A stretch of 64,000 bases of DNA, taken from Candidatus Bathyarchaeota archaeon. Its GTDB lineage: Archaea > Thermoproteota > Bathyarchaeia > JAPDIZ01. The notes under the pieces are model-generated. The model saw only the letters and a list, made by a program, of their open reading frames with translations. It was not told the origin of the DNA and did not search any database. The stretch covers positions 69,181-133,180 of the forward strand of contig JAPDIZ010000003.1 in the NCBI GenBank assembly GCA_029259355.1, given 5' to 3'. Position numbers and translations under genes: made by a program. Positions 8,961 to 17,886 of the stretch are shown in pieces (position 1 is the first letter of the stretch; each line of letters begins with the position of its first letter).

Positions 8961-9129
8961 TGGTGGGGCCGGAGGGATTTGAACCCCCGACATGCGGGTT
9001 GCTCTAGCTCCAGAAGTCAGTCATCCCCACAGGGTCTTCTTACCCGCATTCACGAGCCTCTGGAGCCCTTAACGAGGCTTCGCGCATTTCGCGAAGCCCT
9101 GCCGTCATACCTGGCTAGACCACGGCCCC
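8961..9129 (-). tRNA. tRNA gene, about 169 nt, with large intron(s); isotype not assigned
   Basis: Minus-strand RNA begins GGGGCCG-UG-GUCUAGCCAGGUAUGAC (acceptor, U8, D-arm with AGCCAGG loop) and ends GGGGG-UUCAAAU-CCCUC-CGGCCCC-A-CCA; about 115 nt lie between D-arm and T-arm, including a strong 8-bp hairpin GGCUUCGC/GCGAAGCC. Confidence 0.6.
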
Positions 9130-9154
9130 AGCAAATCCAAGGTTTAGCTTAGCT

Positions 9155-9163
9155 TGATATAAG
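9155..9163 (-). promoter_or_regulatory. candidate archaeal TATA box for the tRNA at 8961-9129
   Basis: CTTATATCA (minus strand) about 26-34 nt upstream of the tRNA 5' end. Confidence 0.3.
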
Positions 9164-9165
9164 CT

Positions 9166-9750
9166 TTAGCCAAGAGGCTTCAGCAACGTGTACAGCCCAA
9201 GCCCGATGAAGAGCGCTGCTGCAGCAAGCCTCAACCACTTAGACGGGAGCACTCTCCCGGCTTTGGCTCCGATAGCTACTGCAGCTGCCATCAAAACCAC
9301 AGCAGCTGCTACAATCCCACAGAGCACTTCAGCGGTTGCTTGGAAAGACGTAGCTAGCGAGATTACTGCTACGTTTGTCTTGTCTGCGAACTCCATGGTA
9401 GCGATGACCACTACCGAAGTAAAGAAAGTAGCTTCTCCCCTTTCCAGCACAACCTCAGCAGCTTCTGCTTGAGGAAGTGCGCACAAGATTCCCACCAAAA
9501 CCAGCATAAGCCCGGAAGCGAGCTTGAGCTGGCTTAGAGAGAGTAGGGATGAGAGACACACTCCCAAGAGTACGCAGGGAGCGTTGATCAGCAAGAAGCC
9601 GACCACGCTGCCTATGAAAACTGGTAGCGGTTTTCCTCTAGAAGCTAAAGCCACAGCCGCAAGCTGCGTCTTGTCACCCAATTCGGCTATCGACACAAGT
9701 ACGAATGCGGTAACTGCGGGGTTGGCAAGCGTCACTAGCTGCGCTTGCAT
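9166..9750 (-). CDS. UPF0016 / GDT1 (TMEM165) family membrane cation transporter
   Basis: Two internal repeats each carrying E-x-G-D-K-T (ELGDKTQ and EFADKTN) in a 6-TM 194-aa protein. Confidence 0.75.
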   Translation of the reverse strand: MQAQLVTLANPAVTAFVLVSIAELGDKTQLAAVALASRGKPLPVFIGSVVGFLLINAPCVLLGVCLSSLLSLSQLKLASGLMLVLVGILCALPQAEAAEVVLERGEATFFTSVVVIATMEFADKTNVAVISLATSFQATAEVLCGIVAAAVVLMAAAVAIGAKAGRVLPSKWLRLAAAALFIGLGLYTLLKPLG

Positions 9751-9782
9751 CTCAGCGCCTCAGCGTGGGTTATCCAACGCGC

Positions 9783-10091
9783 TTAGGCTTCTTTTGAGAG
9801 GTTAAAGGGCTTTCCATCCCGCCAAATCTTCTCTGGCATCTTGTCCTTCCACTTCCTCAGAAAGTTTAGGTCTTCCTTTTTATCGCGTAGCTCGTCGGGG
9901 AGCATTATGGGTATTTCGTCGTCTATTGGGTAGTAGCGGCCGCACTTTGGGCAGTAGAGAACCCCGTACACTATCTCCTTATACGGCTTGCCTTCTCTAT
10001 CGACTTCCTCCCTCTCCTCGAAGACGTAGAGCTCTAGGGGGTGGTGCTTGTCTATTGGACACGCAAGAATCTCCATCAGCCAGTACTTCAA
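9783..10091 (-). CDS. Trm112-like small zinc-finger protein
   Basis: [15 protein letters not shown]...[21 protein letters not shown] matches the Trm112 signature (LACP...C..C.R.YPI.DGIP.ML). Confidence 0.65.
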   Translation of the reverse strand: MKYWLMEILACPIDKHHPLELYVFEEREEVDREGKPYKEIVYGVLYCPKCGRYYPIDDEIPIMLPDELRDKKEDLNFLRKWKDKMPEKIWRDGKPFNLSKEA

Positions 10092-11240
10092 CTAGCGCCT
10101 CACCTTGCGGATTATGCCGCTTACCACGCTTCTCGGGTTTATCCTTATACTCGGCCAAATCCTCGCGTTCTTCTTTATCTTGGCGTATTCGCCCACTACA
10201 CAGTTAGCGCCTATTATCACGTAGTCGCCTATGGAAGCCTTCTGTCCAATGGTGCAGTTCTCCGCTACCACGCACTTCCTTAGCCGAGAACTATCTCCCA
10301 GCTCTGTATTCTCGTACACAATGGAGCCGTTTAGCTTGCTGGACTTGCCCACTGTTACACCATTTTTGATAACTGCACCTGGGGTGACTACTGCCTCCTT
10401 CTTCACAACAACATCGTCTTCGATTAACGCGGGGCCGATTATCTTAGCATCTCTCTCGACGCGCACATTTTCACCTATCCAAACAGGCCCAGCAACCTTA
10501 CCCTCCACCTCGCTATTCTCTGCAACATAGTTTCTTAGCCGCTTCAACACCCAAAGCGTTGCTGCTACATACCCATCTAGGCTTCCAACGTCAACCCAGA
10601 AAGCATCGGTTCTGTAGCCGTACATGGGCTTGCCTCGTGACAGAAGATCTGGGAAGAGATCTCTAGCGAAATCATAGGGGGTTTTGGGGGGGATGTAGTC
10701 AAAGATTTCTGGCTCACACACGTAGAGACCTGTGCTTATGGTTTTAGAGAAGCACTCCTCAGGCTTGGGCTTCTCAAAAAACTTCACTATTCTGTTGCTT
10801 CTGTTTAGTTTGACAACTCCAAACCTCCAAGGATCCGGAACCTTCTTCACAGCAATTGTGACTACTCCGCGCTTATGCTTGTGGTACTTCATTTCATCCG
10901 CGAGATTTATCTCCGTAACATTATCTCCCTGAATCACCGCAAAGGTTTCATCCAAATACTGCTGAGCGTTCAGAACCCCTCCAGCCGTACCCAGAGGAGT
11001 TTTTTCCCTAGTATACACTAACTTAACTCCTATCTTCGACCCATCTCCAAAGTACTCCCTTATCACGTGATCCATGTAGTTGGTCGTGATGATAACTTCG
11101 CGAAAGCCCTGATCCTTGAGAGAAGTCAGTATGTAGTATAGGATGGGCTTGTCAGCTATAGGCAACATAGGCTTTGGGCGGGTGTATGTTAGAGGACGCA
11201 AGCGGGTGCCCAAGCCGCCAGCGAGAACCACTGCTTTCAA
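10092..11240 (-). CDS. sugar-1-phosphate nucleotidyltransferase with C-terminal hexapeptide-repeat domain (archaeal GlmU/ST0452-like)
   Basis: N-terminal KAVVLAGGLGTRLRPLTYTRPKPMLPI (G-x-G-T-R nucleotidyltransferase motif); C-terminal LbH repeats. Confidence 0.8.
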   Translation of the reverse strand: MKAVVLAGGLGTRLRPLTYTRPKPMLPIADKPILYYILTSLKDQGFREVIITTNYMDHVIREYFGDGSKIGVKLVYTREKTPLGTAGGVLNAQQYLDETFAVIQGDNVTEINLADEMKYHKHKRGVVTIAVKKVPDPWRFGVVKLNRSNRIVKFFEKPKPEECFSKTISTGLYVCEPEIFDYIPPKTPYDFARDLFPDLLSRGKPMYGYRTDAFWVDVGSLDGYVAATLWVLKRLRNYVAENSEVEGKVAGPVWIGENVRVERDAKIIGPALIEDDVVVKKEAVVTPGAVIKNGVTVGKSSKLNGSIVYENTELGDSSRLRKCVVAENCTIGQKASIGDYVIIGANCVVGEYAKIKKNARIWPSIRINPRSVVSGIIRKVRR

Positions 11241-11510
11241 AGAAACCCCCGCACGCAGTCATAGCTTGGCTTCGACTTCCCCGTGCGTGTTGCAGAAGGT
11301 TTCTGCACCATGGTTTTTATGTTTTTGCCTACTTTTTATTGAAAAACTGCGCTGAAGTCTGGCGCGAATAGGCAGCATATGGGCTACGCTGAGGAAACAG
11401 CTAATAACCCCCAGCCTCCTCTACACGCGCTGAGAGAAACTGCTAGCAGGAAACTCTTAGCACAAGATGAGTTGTCAAGAATTTGTTGACTGCTATGGGA
11501 AGGAAGGCGC

Positions 11511-12602
11511 TTGACAACCATATGGCTAGACGTGCTCACCCATAAGCACGCTCTCTTGCTTAAAGAAGTTGGAGAATACCTGCGGAGAAGAGGTTTCAAG
11601 GTCTTCTACACAGCGAGAAGGATGAGCACACTCACCGATTTCTTAAACGCTTTATCAATCGATGCAGAGGTCGTTGGAAGCCACGGAGGCCGAGATCTCC
11701 GCAGAAAGCTTCTCCAAAGCCTTCGCAGAGCAAAAGAGCTGGTTCGCGTAGTGTTGGAGAAAAAGCCCTCGCTAGCCATCTCCCACGGGTCTCCAGAAGC
11801 CACTCGCGTAGCCTTCGGCCTTAAAATACCCCACATATGCATCCTCGACTCCCCACACGCAGAAGCAGTGTGTAGGCTCACTATACCCCTCTCATCACAC
11901 CTCCTCAGTACTTGGGCTATCCCCAAGAAGAGGTGGACCCCATACCTGATAGGCGGTTGCAGGCTTAGAACGTACAGAGCGCTAGACCCCGCACTATGGA
12001 TAAGAGGTGTTGAGCACCAGCCAGAGGAAGAGCCCTTGGTCGTTGTGAGAGCTGAGGAGTACTTCGCATCCTACATGCCTAGAGACGTAAGCGCTGCTTC
12101 TCTGAAGCTGGTCAAAGAGCTTGGCGAGCTGTGTAGGCGTCGGAAAGCTCGTGTGCTGGTGCTGGCTAGGACAGAGACGCAAGCGCAGAGGCTTGAGAGT
12201 GTAGCGGGGGAGGGGGTCGAAGTCGTTTACGAGTTGTTTCACGGGTCTCAGGTGCTGAGCAGAGCATGGGTTTTCCTCGGGATGGGAGGTACCATGACCT
12301 ACGAAGCCTCTTTGCTGGGAGTACCAACCGTAGCCTTTCCCCCAAGAAAGCCCACTGACTTAGAGCTATTCCTAGCTCAGAGAGGACTCGTCAGCATCGT
12401 GTACTCCACGTCTGACGCGATATCTCGTGTAGAAAGCGTTCTAAGCAACCCAGAGCCAGCTTTTCGCCGCCAGCGAAAGCGAGCGCAAAAGCTCTGGAGC
12501 CGTATGAGCGTCGCCGACTTTTACGACAAGCTCCAGAAATGCATAGACGAAGCTGTGCATAGAAGCACCGCCGCTATAGCTGAGAAAGCCGACAGCAGCT
12601 GA
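11511..12602 (+). CDS. uncharacterised protein, possibly DUF354-like (GT-B-like fold?)
   Basis: 363-aa soluble protein in glycan locus; TTG start; family assignment from memory only. Confidence 0.35.
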   Translation: MTTIWLDVLTHKHALLLKEVGEYLRRRGFKVFYTARRMSTLTDFLNALSIDAEVVGSHGGRDLRRKLLQSLRRAKELVRVVLEKKPSLAISHGSPEATRVAFGLKIPHICILDSPHAEAVCRLTIPLSSHLLSTWAIPKKRWTPYLIGGCRLRTYRALDPALWIRGVEHQPEEEPLVVVRAEEYFASYMPRDVSAASLKLVKELGELCRRRKARVLVLARTETQAQRLESVAGEGVEVVYELFHGSQVLSRAWVFLGMGGTMTYEASLLGVPTVAFPPRKPTDLELFLAQRGLVSIVYSTSDAISRVESVLSNPEPAFRRQRKRAQKLWSRMSVADFYDKLQKCIDEAVHRSTAAIAEKADSS

Positions 12603-13486
12603 ATGCGTAAGACGATCTCTTGCTCGCTAAGCGGCCTTTTTGAAACCAAGAGCTTAACCAAGGTCGATGGCGTGTTGTCCGAAGTGTTCGCGTGGATTAA
12701 CCCCTTTTCATCGAGGTAGACGGGCCTCTCAGCATACGTTGGATTCTTGCGTAGGCGAATAGCTGAGTAGGTTAGCAGAGCAGCATTGGTGAACTGTGGA
12801 GCGAGAGCCACAGCCGCAAAAGAGTGGGTGAGCCAAGCGCATGCTCCAGCTACCGCTCCTATCAACAAGCTCCCCGAATCCCCCAACAGATGCTTTGCAG
12901 GAAATGCGTTTCTAGTGTGGAAAACCAGCACAGCCACCAAAAGGCCTAGCGAAGCGATCAACGCCTCGTTATCAGGTGCGAGAAGAGCGATGAGAAGAAA
13001 GGCTGCTAAGGCTATGGACGAAGACCCTGTGAGAGAGCCGTTGAGCACATCAAGTGAATTCGCTGAAGCCGTTGAAGCAACGACAAAAGCATAGCAGGTG
13101 AGAGCGCTAACAAAACCTTCTCCAAGCCACACAGCAGCTAGGGGGAGAGGGATTAGAAGCAAGGCAGCCGTCTTCTCCCAAGTGCTTAGCTGGAAGAGGT
13201 CGTCTACAAGCCCTATGCAGCACGAGGTGATGGCTGTGATCAACAACGCAGCTAGAGCGAGGCTATGCATAAGCAGAGAGGATGCAGCATAAGCGAAAAA
13301 GATCGGTGGGAGAATCGAGAAGCCGCAGAGCGGAAGCACGGGCTTGTCGAGCTTATGGACATCTCTTCCGAAGAGGCCAAGCACCTCGGCTATGCGCGGA
13401 CCAGCGTAGAGAGCAGCTACAGCGATAAGCGTTGACGATAGGGCAGCTGAGGCTGAGAAAAGCAAACTTTGTAAATCATTGGACAA
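12521..13486 (-). CDS. MraY/WecA-family polyprenyl-phosphate sugar-1-phosphate transferase (AglH-like)
   Basis: Polytopic membrane protein with IGLVDDLFQLS (conserved D-D motif) and NSLDVLNG; 3' end overlaps the convergent ORF at 11511-12602. Confidence 0.7.
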   Translation of the reverse strand: MSNDLQSLLFSASAALSSTLIAVAALYAGPRIAEVLGLFGRDVHKLDKPVLPLCGFSILPPIFFAYAASSLLMHSLALAALLITAITSCCIGLVDDLFQLSTWEKTAALLLIPLPLAAVWLGEGFVSALTCYAFVVASTASANSLDVLNGSLTGSSSIALAAFLLIALLAPDNEALIASLGLLVAVLVFHTRNAFPAKHLLGDSGSLLIGAVAGACAWLTHSFAAVALAPQFTNAALLTYSAIRLRKNPTYAERPVYLDEKGLIHANTSDNTPSTLVKLLVSKRPLSEQEIVLRIQLLSAFSAIAAVLLCTASSMHFWSLS

Positions 13487-13571
13487 AGGTTTTCTAACCC
13501 CAGTATCTAAGGAATCTCTTGGAGCTTAGTAGGAGCTGTTGGTTAAAAAGAAGTTCGCGGGAGGGGTTTAG

Positions 13572-14675
13572 TTGGTTAAAGCGCTCATACTGGCTGGGGG
13601 TTTTGGTACTAGGCTTAGGCCGCTGAGCTGCACGAGGCCCAAGCAGCTATTTCCCGTGGGCAACCGCCCCCTACTCGAGTACCTCCTAGAGGGGCTTAGA
13701 GAAAGTGGTGTCGACACAGTCATATTAGCTACCAACTACATGGCGGATTATCTAGAGAAGTACTTTGGGGAAAGCTGGAATGGCTTGAAGATAAAGTACT
13801 CTCGCGAAGCAATCCCCCTCGGAACTGGGGGGCCTGTAAAGCGAGCCGAACCTCTCCTAGGGCATGATGAGCCCTTTTTGGTGCTCAACGGCGACATTCT
13901 GTCAAACATCCCCTACAACGAGATGCTCGATGCACACTTAGACAAAGAAGCTACGGCAACCATAGCGCTTAGGGAGGTAGAGGATCCTTCGCGATACGGT
14001 GTTGCAATAATGGACAATCACGGAAGGATACGAAAGTTCGTCGAAAAACCGAAGCCGGGAACCGCTCCCTCAAAGCTGATCAACGCGGGGGCGTATGTGC
14101 TGAGCCCAAAGATATTCGCTTACCTCCCAAACGAGGAGAGAAAAGTCTCTATGGAGAGAGAGGTTTTTCCCAAGCTCGCTGATCAGCAAAAGCTGTACGG
14201 GTTCTTCTATGAAGGGCTGTGGGTAGACATTGGAAAACCCGAGGATTACCTGAGGGCAAACTTCGAGATAGCCAAGCGCTTGGCAGGAGATGGTTTCGTA
14301 TTCGGACAAGGTGCTAGAATCGACGAAAACGTGGAGATCATCCCACCCGTACTCGTCGGAGACAACGTTGAGATAATGAGGAATTCGTGCATCGGGCCAT
14401 ACGTAGTCATAGGCAACAACGTAAGGATTCACGAAGGAGCTAGGCTCGAGAGAACCGTAGTCTTTCCAGACGCGGTGATCAAGAGCTTCTCCTCGCTCAA
14501 GGGAGCGATAATAGGTCAGGGAGCTGTCGTGGGTAGGTGGGTGAAGATCGAGGAAAACACCATAATAGGAGACGACGCGGAGATATTTGACAACGTTACG
14601 CTTGTAAGCGGCTGCTCGGTTTGCCCGTTTAAGGAAGTGTCGGAAAGCGTCTTATCGCCATCGAAGATTATGTAG
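13572..14675 (+). CDS. sugar-1-phosphate nucleotidyltransferase with C-terminal hexapeptide-repeat domain (paralog of 10092-11240)
   Basis: KALILAGGFGTRLRPLSCTRPKQLFPV; LbH repeats in the C-terminal third. Confidence 0.8.
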   Translation: MVKALILAGGFGTRLRPLSCTRPKQLFPVGNRPLLEYLLEGLRESGVDTVILATNYMADYLEKYFGESWNGLKIKYSREAIPLGTGGPVKRAEPLLGHDEPFLVLNGDILSNIPYNEMLDAHLDKEATATIALREVEDPSRYGVAIMDNHGRIRKFVEKPKPGTAPSKLINAGAYVLSPKIFAYLPNEERKVSMEREVFPKLADQQKLYGFFYEGLWVDIGKPEDYLRANFEIAKRLAGDGFVFGQGARIDENVEIIPPVLVGDNVEIMRNSCIGPYVVIGNNVRIHEGARLERTVVFPDAVIKSFSSLKGAIIGQGAVVGRWVKIEENTIIGDDAEIFDNVTLVSGCSVCPFKEVSESVLSPSKIM

Positions 14676-14690
14676 AGCTGGGCGAGCGCG

Positions 14691-16064
14691 TTGACGAGAA
14701 GGCTGTTCGGCACAAATGGCATACGCGGAGTAGCTAACGAAGAGATTACCCCAGAATTCTCGGTTCGAATAGGCCAAGCCATAGGCACATTCTTCGGGTT
14801 AGGTAGCAAGATCTTGGTGGGGATGGATGGGAGAACTAGCAGCCCCATGATAAAAGCCGCTGTCGAAGCAGGTTTAGCTTCAGCTGGTGTCAAGGTATTC
14901 GACGCCGAAATGCTCCCCACACCAGCTCTTCAGTACGCGGTAAAGCACCTCGGCATGGATGGAGGAGTGATGATTACAGCCTCCCACAACCCCCCAGAGT
15001 TCAACGGGATAAAGGTGGTCTACAGCGACGGAGTCGAGCTTGACAGATCTCGAGAAGAGGAGGTTGAGCGCATATTCTTCGAGCAAAGCTTTGAGCAAGC
15101 GCCTTGGCACAAACTCCACGACCCCAAGAAGGTATCGAGCATCCTCGACCTGTACGTAGATGCAGTCAAGTCTCACGTAGATGTGGAGGCTATTCGAAAG
15201 CGGGGTTACACGGTTGTCGTGGACCCGGGAAACGGCGTTGGCGCGCTGACGACTCCTAAGCTCTTGAAAGAGCTTGGGTGCAGAGTGGTGGCTATAAACA
15301 GCGCGATAGATGGCTCCTTCCCAGGCAGACTACCTGAGCCGACGCCGGAAAACCTAGGCTTGCTCTCAGAGACCGTTAAAGCCGTTGACGCAGATCTTGG
15401 AGTAGCTCACGACGGAGATGCTGATAGAGCGATCTTCACCGACGAGTTTGGCGAGGTCCATTGGGGAGATGAAACGGGCATACTGGTCATGGAGCACCTA
15501 CTTAGACAGGGAAAAGGGAATGTGGTGGTTACTCCTGTAAGCTCGTCGCACATAGTTGAGGATATTGCACGCAAGTACGGCGCCAGAGTGGTTTGGACAA
15601 AGGTAGGATCCATAGTGGTCTCCAGAACCATGCTCAAGGAGGGAGCGATTTACTCCTACGAGGAGAACGGGGGAATCTTCTACAAGCCCCACCAGCCCGT
15701 GAGAGATGGAGCGATGGCTGTTGCTTTGGTGCTTAACATAATGGCTTCTACGGGCAAGACGCTTTCTCAGCTGCTGCGGGAACAACCCAAAGTCTACTTA
15801 GTGAAGAAGAAGGTGAAATGCCCTAATGAGTTGAAGGAGAAGGTGCTGGAGGAGCTCGTGAAGAAGACAGAGGGTATGAAGAGGATAACCATCGATGGCG
15901 TAAAAGTCCTCTTCAATGATGGAGCAGTGCTCATCAGGCCATCTGGCACTGAGCCTATCTACAGGTGCTTCTGCGAAGGCTACACTGAAGAGAGAGCTCG
16001 GGAACTCGCGGAGTGGGGCGTTAACCTGATTTCAGAAGCTGTGAAGAAAGTCTCCAGCTCATAG
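14691..16064 (+). CDS. phosphohexomutase (phosphoglucosamine/phosphomannomutase family)
   Basis: Active-site TASHNPPEFNGIK, metal-binding GVAHDGDADR, sugar-binding ...EENGG...; 457 aa. Confidence 0.85.
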   Translation: MTRRLFGTNGIRGVANEEITPEFSVRIGQAIGTFFGLGSKILVGMDGRTSSPMIKAAVEAGLASAGVKVFDAEMLPTPALQYAVKHLGMDGGVMITASHNPPEFNGIKVVYSDGVELDRSREEEVERIFFEQSFEQAPWHKLHDPKKVSSILDLYVDAVKSHVDVEAIRKRGYTVVVDPGNGVGALTTPKLLKELGCRVVAINSAIDGSFPGRLPEPTPENLGLLSETVKAVDADLGVAHDGDADRAIFTDEFGEVHWGDETGILVMEHLLRQGKGNVVVTPVSSSHIVEDIARKYGARVVWTKVGSIVVSRTMLKEGAIYSYEENGGIFYKPHQPVRDGAMAVALVLNIMASTGKTLSQLLREQPKVYLVKKKVKCPNELKEKVLEELVKKTEGMKRITIDGVKVLFNDGAVLIRPSGTEPIYRCFCEGYTEERARELAEWGVNLISEAVKKVSSS

Positions 16065-16808
16065 CCTCCTGCATTTTTCTCGAAACAGCCTCGCGTGCGC
16101 TCTTATGAATTCGAGGATCTCTCCCAAGTTTAGCTTAGACTCCCCCCGTCGCCTATCGAAGAAGATGAACGGAACCTCACCAACCTTGTAGCCCTTCTTC
16201 ACGCAGCGGAAGAGTATCTCCTCGACGTATGCATAGCCGCTGCTCTTGATCTCCGAGAGGCCTATGCTCGAGAGCACCTCTCTTCTGTAAGCCCTGAAAG
16301 CGCTCGTAACGTCGTGGGCTTTGAAGCCCAAGAGCTTTCGAGAGATGAGGTTTGCTATTCTGCTCGTCAAGTGCCTACGAGGACCCCACCCGTAGATGGC
16401 TCCACCCTCGACGTACCTAGAGCCGATGACCACATCGTAGCCCTCCTTTATCTTCGAAACCATTTCAGGAATCTTCTCAGGCGGGTGCGAGAGGTCGGCG
16501 TCCATCTCTAGCAGTATTGTGGCGCCCATCTCCAATGATCTGTTGAAGCCCTCTATCCTAGCGGTTCCCTCACCCATCTTCCTAGGGCGGGTGATTACGG
16601 TGATGTTTGGGTACTGCTTAGCCAGCTCTTTTGCAACCTGCGAGGTTCCGTCAGGGCTGTTGTCATCTACGACCACCACAGCCCATTTACGCGCTGTTTT
16701 CTCCAGCACACGCACGAGGCGAGGTATGAGTACCTTGATGTTTTCAGCTTCTTTGTAAGTGGGTACGACTACTGAGACGAATTCGTCGAGCGGAGGTTGT
16801 GCAGACAT
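16059..16808 (-). CDS. GT2 glycosyltransferase, dolichyl-phosphate hexose synthase (Dpm1-like)
   Basis: VSVVVPTYKEAENI, VVVVDDNSPDGT, catalytic MDADLSHPP; 249 aa. Confidence 0.8.
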   Translation of the reverse strand: MSAQPPLDEFVSVVVPTYKEAENIKVLIPRLVRVLEKTARKWAVVVVDDNSPDGTSQVAKELAKQYPNITVITRPRKMGEGTARIEGFNRSLEMGATILLEMDADLSHPPEKIPEMVSKIKEGYDVVIGSRYVEGGAIYGWGPRRHLTSRIANLISRKLLGFKAHDVTSAFRAYRREVLSSIGLSEIKSSGYAYVEEILFRCVKKGYKVGEVPFIFFDRRRGESKLNLGEILEFIRAHARLFREKCRRL

Positions 16809-16810
16809 GA

Positions 16811-17332
16811 CTACACCACGCTAAAGGTTATTCTGTTCCACTGCCCAGTAAACACGAAGGTGTGGCTTTGCTCGTCGTATAGCCAAAGCTCGAAAATTAG
16901 GTCGTAGTTTTCACCAGGAGTATCGATTACGTAGTTAAACTCGAGGAGACGAGACTCCTCATTTGCGAGGAAGACCTGGTATTCCTTTATCACGGGGAGG
17001 TCAGCTGGCTTCTCCGTTGTGGGAAGCACCTTCTCATTTTGCCCAAGCTTCACCAACACACGAGCCCAGATAGCTTTTCCCATGTAGTTGTCAAGCTCTA
17101 CCCAGAGCTTGACGGGCTCTCCAGCTCTCACGGGGTTATCGGGGGTTGGGTAGTCGGTAGCCATCTTGTTCGGTCCCAAGGTAGCGATCACCACAAACCT
17201 CTCCGCTGGCGGAGGCTTGAGAGCTGCGTACGCTACAAAAGCCAGCACCAGTATCGCCGCTATCGCAACCGTTAAGACCACAGCCGTCTCTTCGCTTACC
17301 CAGACCTCCTCTTCTTTAGGCAAGGACATCAC
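16811..17332 (-). CDS. hypothetical single-pass membrane protein
   Basis: N-terminal TM helix then soluble domain; 4-nt overlap with upstream ORF and 2-nt gap to the GT2 suggest co-transcription. Confidence 0.35.
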   Translation of the reverse strand: MMSLPKEEEVWVSEETAVVLTVAIAAILVLAFVAYAALKPPPAERFVVIATLGPNKMATDYPTPDNPVRAGEPVKLWVELDNYMGKAIWARVLVKLGQNEKVLPTTEKPADLPVIKEYQVFLANEESRLLEFNYVIDTPGENYDLIFELWLYDEQSHTFVFTGQWNRITFSVV

Positions 17333-17832
17333 CCAATTTCCTTCTCAAGCAATTCTTCCAAAGACCTCTTTTCCCACCACCGCCACAGCCTCCAAGCTCC
17401 GTAAGTAATAGCCACAACAGCGACGGGTACTGTGACGTAGACTAGTATCTGCGTGATCTGTCTCCACCGCTCAGCAGATTCTCCCAAGGAATTTGCTTGC
17501 CCAACGATTTCGTTCGAGATGGCTATGGAGTTTTCGAGGAACTTCTCCGCTGCTTCAGCATCTCCAGCCTCGTAAGCCTGCTGGGCTTTGTCGATTAAGC
17601 TCTGAGCCTCGTTAAGCATCTGGACAAGCTGATTCACATCAGCGCCCTTTTCCTCAGCGCTTCTCACGGCGAGAAAGGCTTCCTCCAAAGACTTGTTAGC
17701 TTGCTCCAGCTTCTCCTGATAGCTCGCGCACGCTACAGCTGGTAGGTGAGGCGAGGAGAGCGCCATAGTTAGGATCAAGACAATTAGCGCCCAGCTGCTC
17801 GATCTGTCGGCGAACATCTCGAGGCTCTCCAC
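17329..17832 (-). CDS. hypothetical secreted coiled-coil protein with C-terminal membrane anchor
   Basis: Signal-peptide-like N-terminus, alanine/glutamate-rich helical region, C-terminal TM followed by basic tail RLWRWWEKR. Confidence 0.35.
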   Translation of the reverse strand: MESLEMFADRSSSWALIVLILTMALSSPHLPAVACASYQEKLEQANKSLEEAFLAVRSAEEKGADVNQLVQMLNEAQSLIDKAQQAYEAGDAEAAEKFLENSIAISNEIVGQANSLGESAERWRQITQILVYVTVPVAVVAITYGAWRLWRWWEKRSLEELLEKEIG

Positions 17833-17886
17833 AGGGTAATAAGCTTGATAAGAGCTTCGTGCGGTGAATTTAAGAGTTAGCGTTAG

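Noticed and set aside
11472-11517. Repeated TTGTCAA/TTGAC motifs upstream of the 11511 start as an operator site
   Set aside because: The repeats are short and imperfect, and one copy is the TTG start codon itself; insufficient to call a regulatory element.
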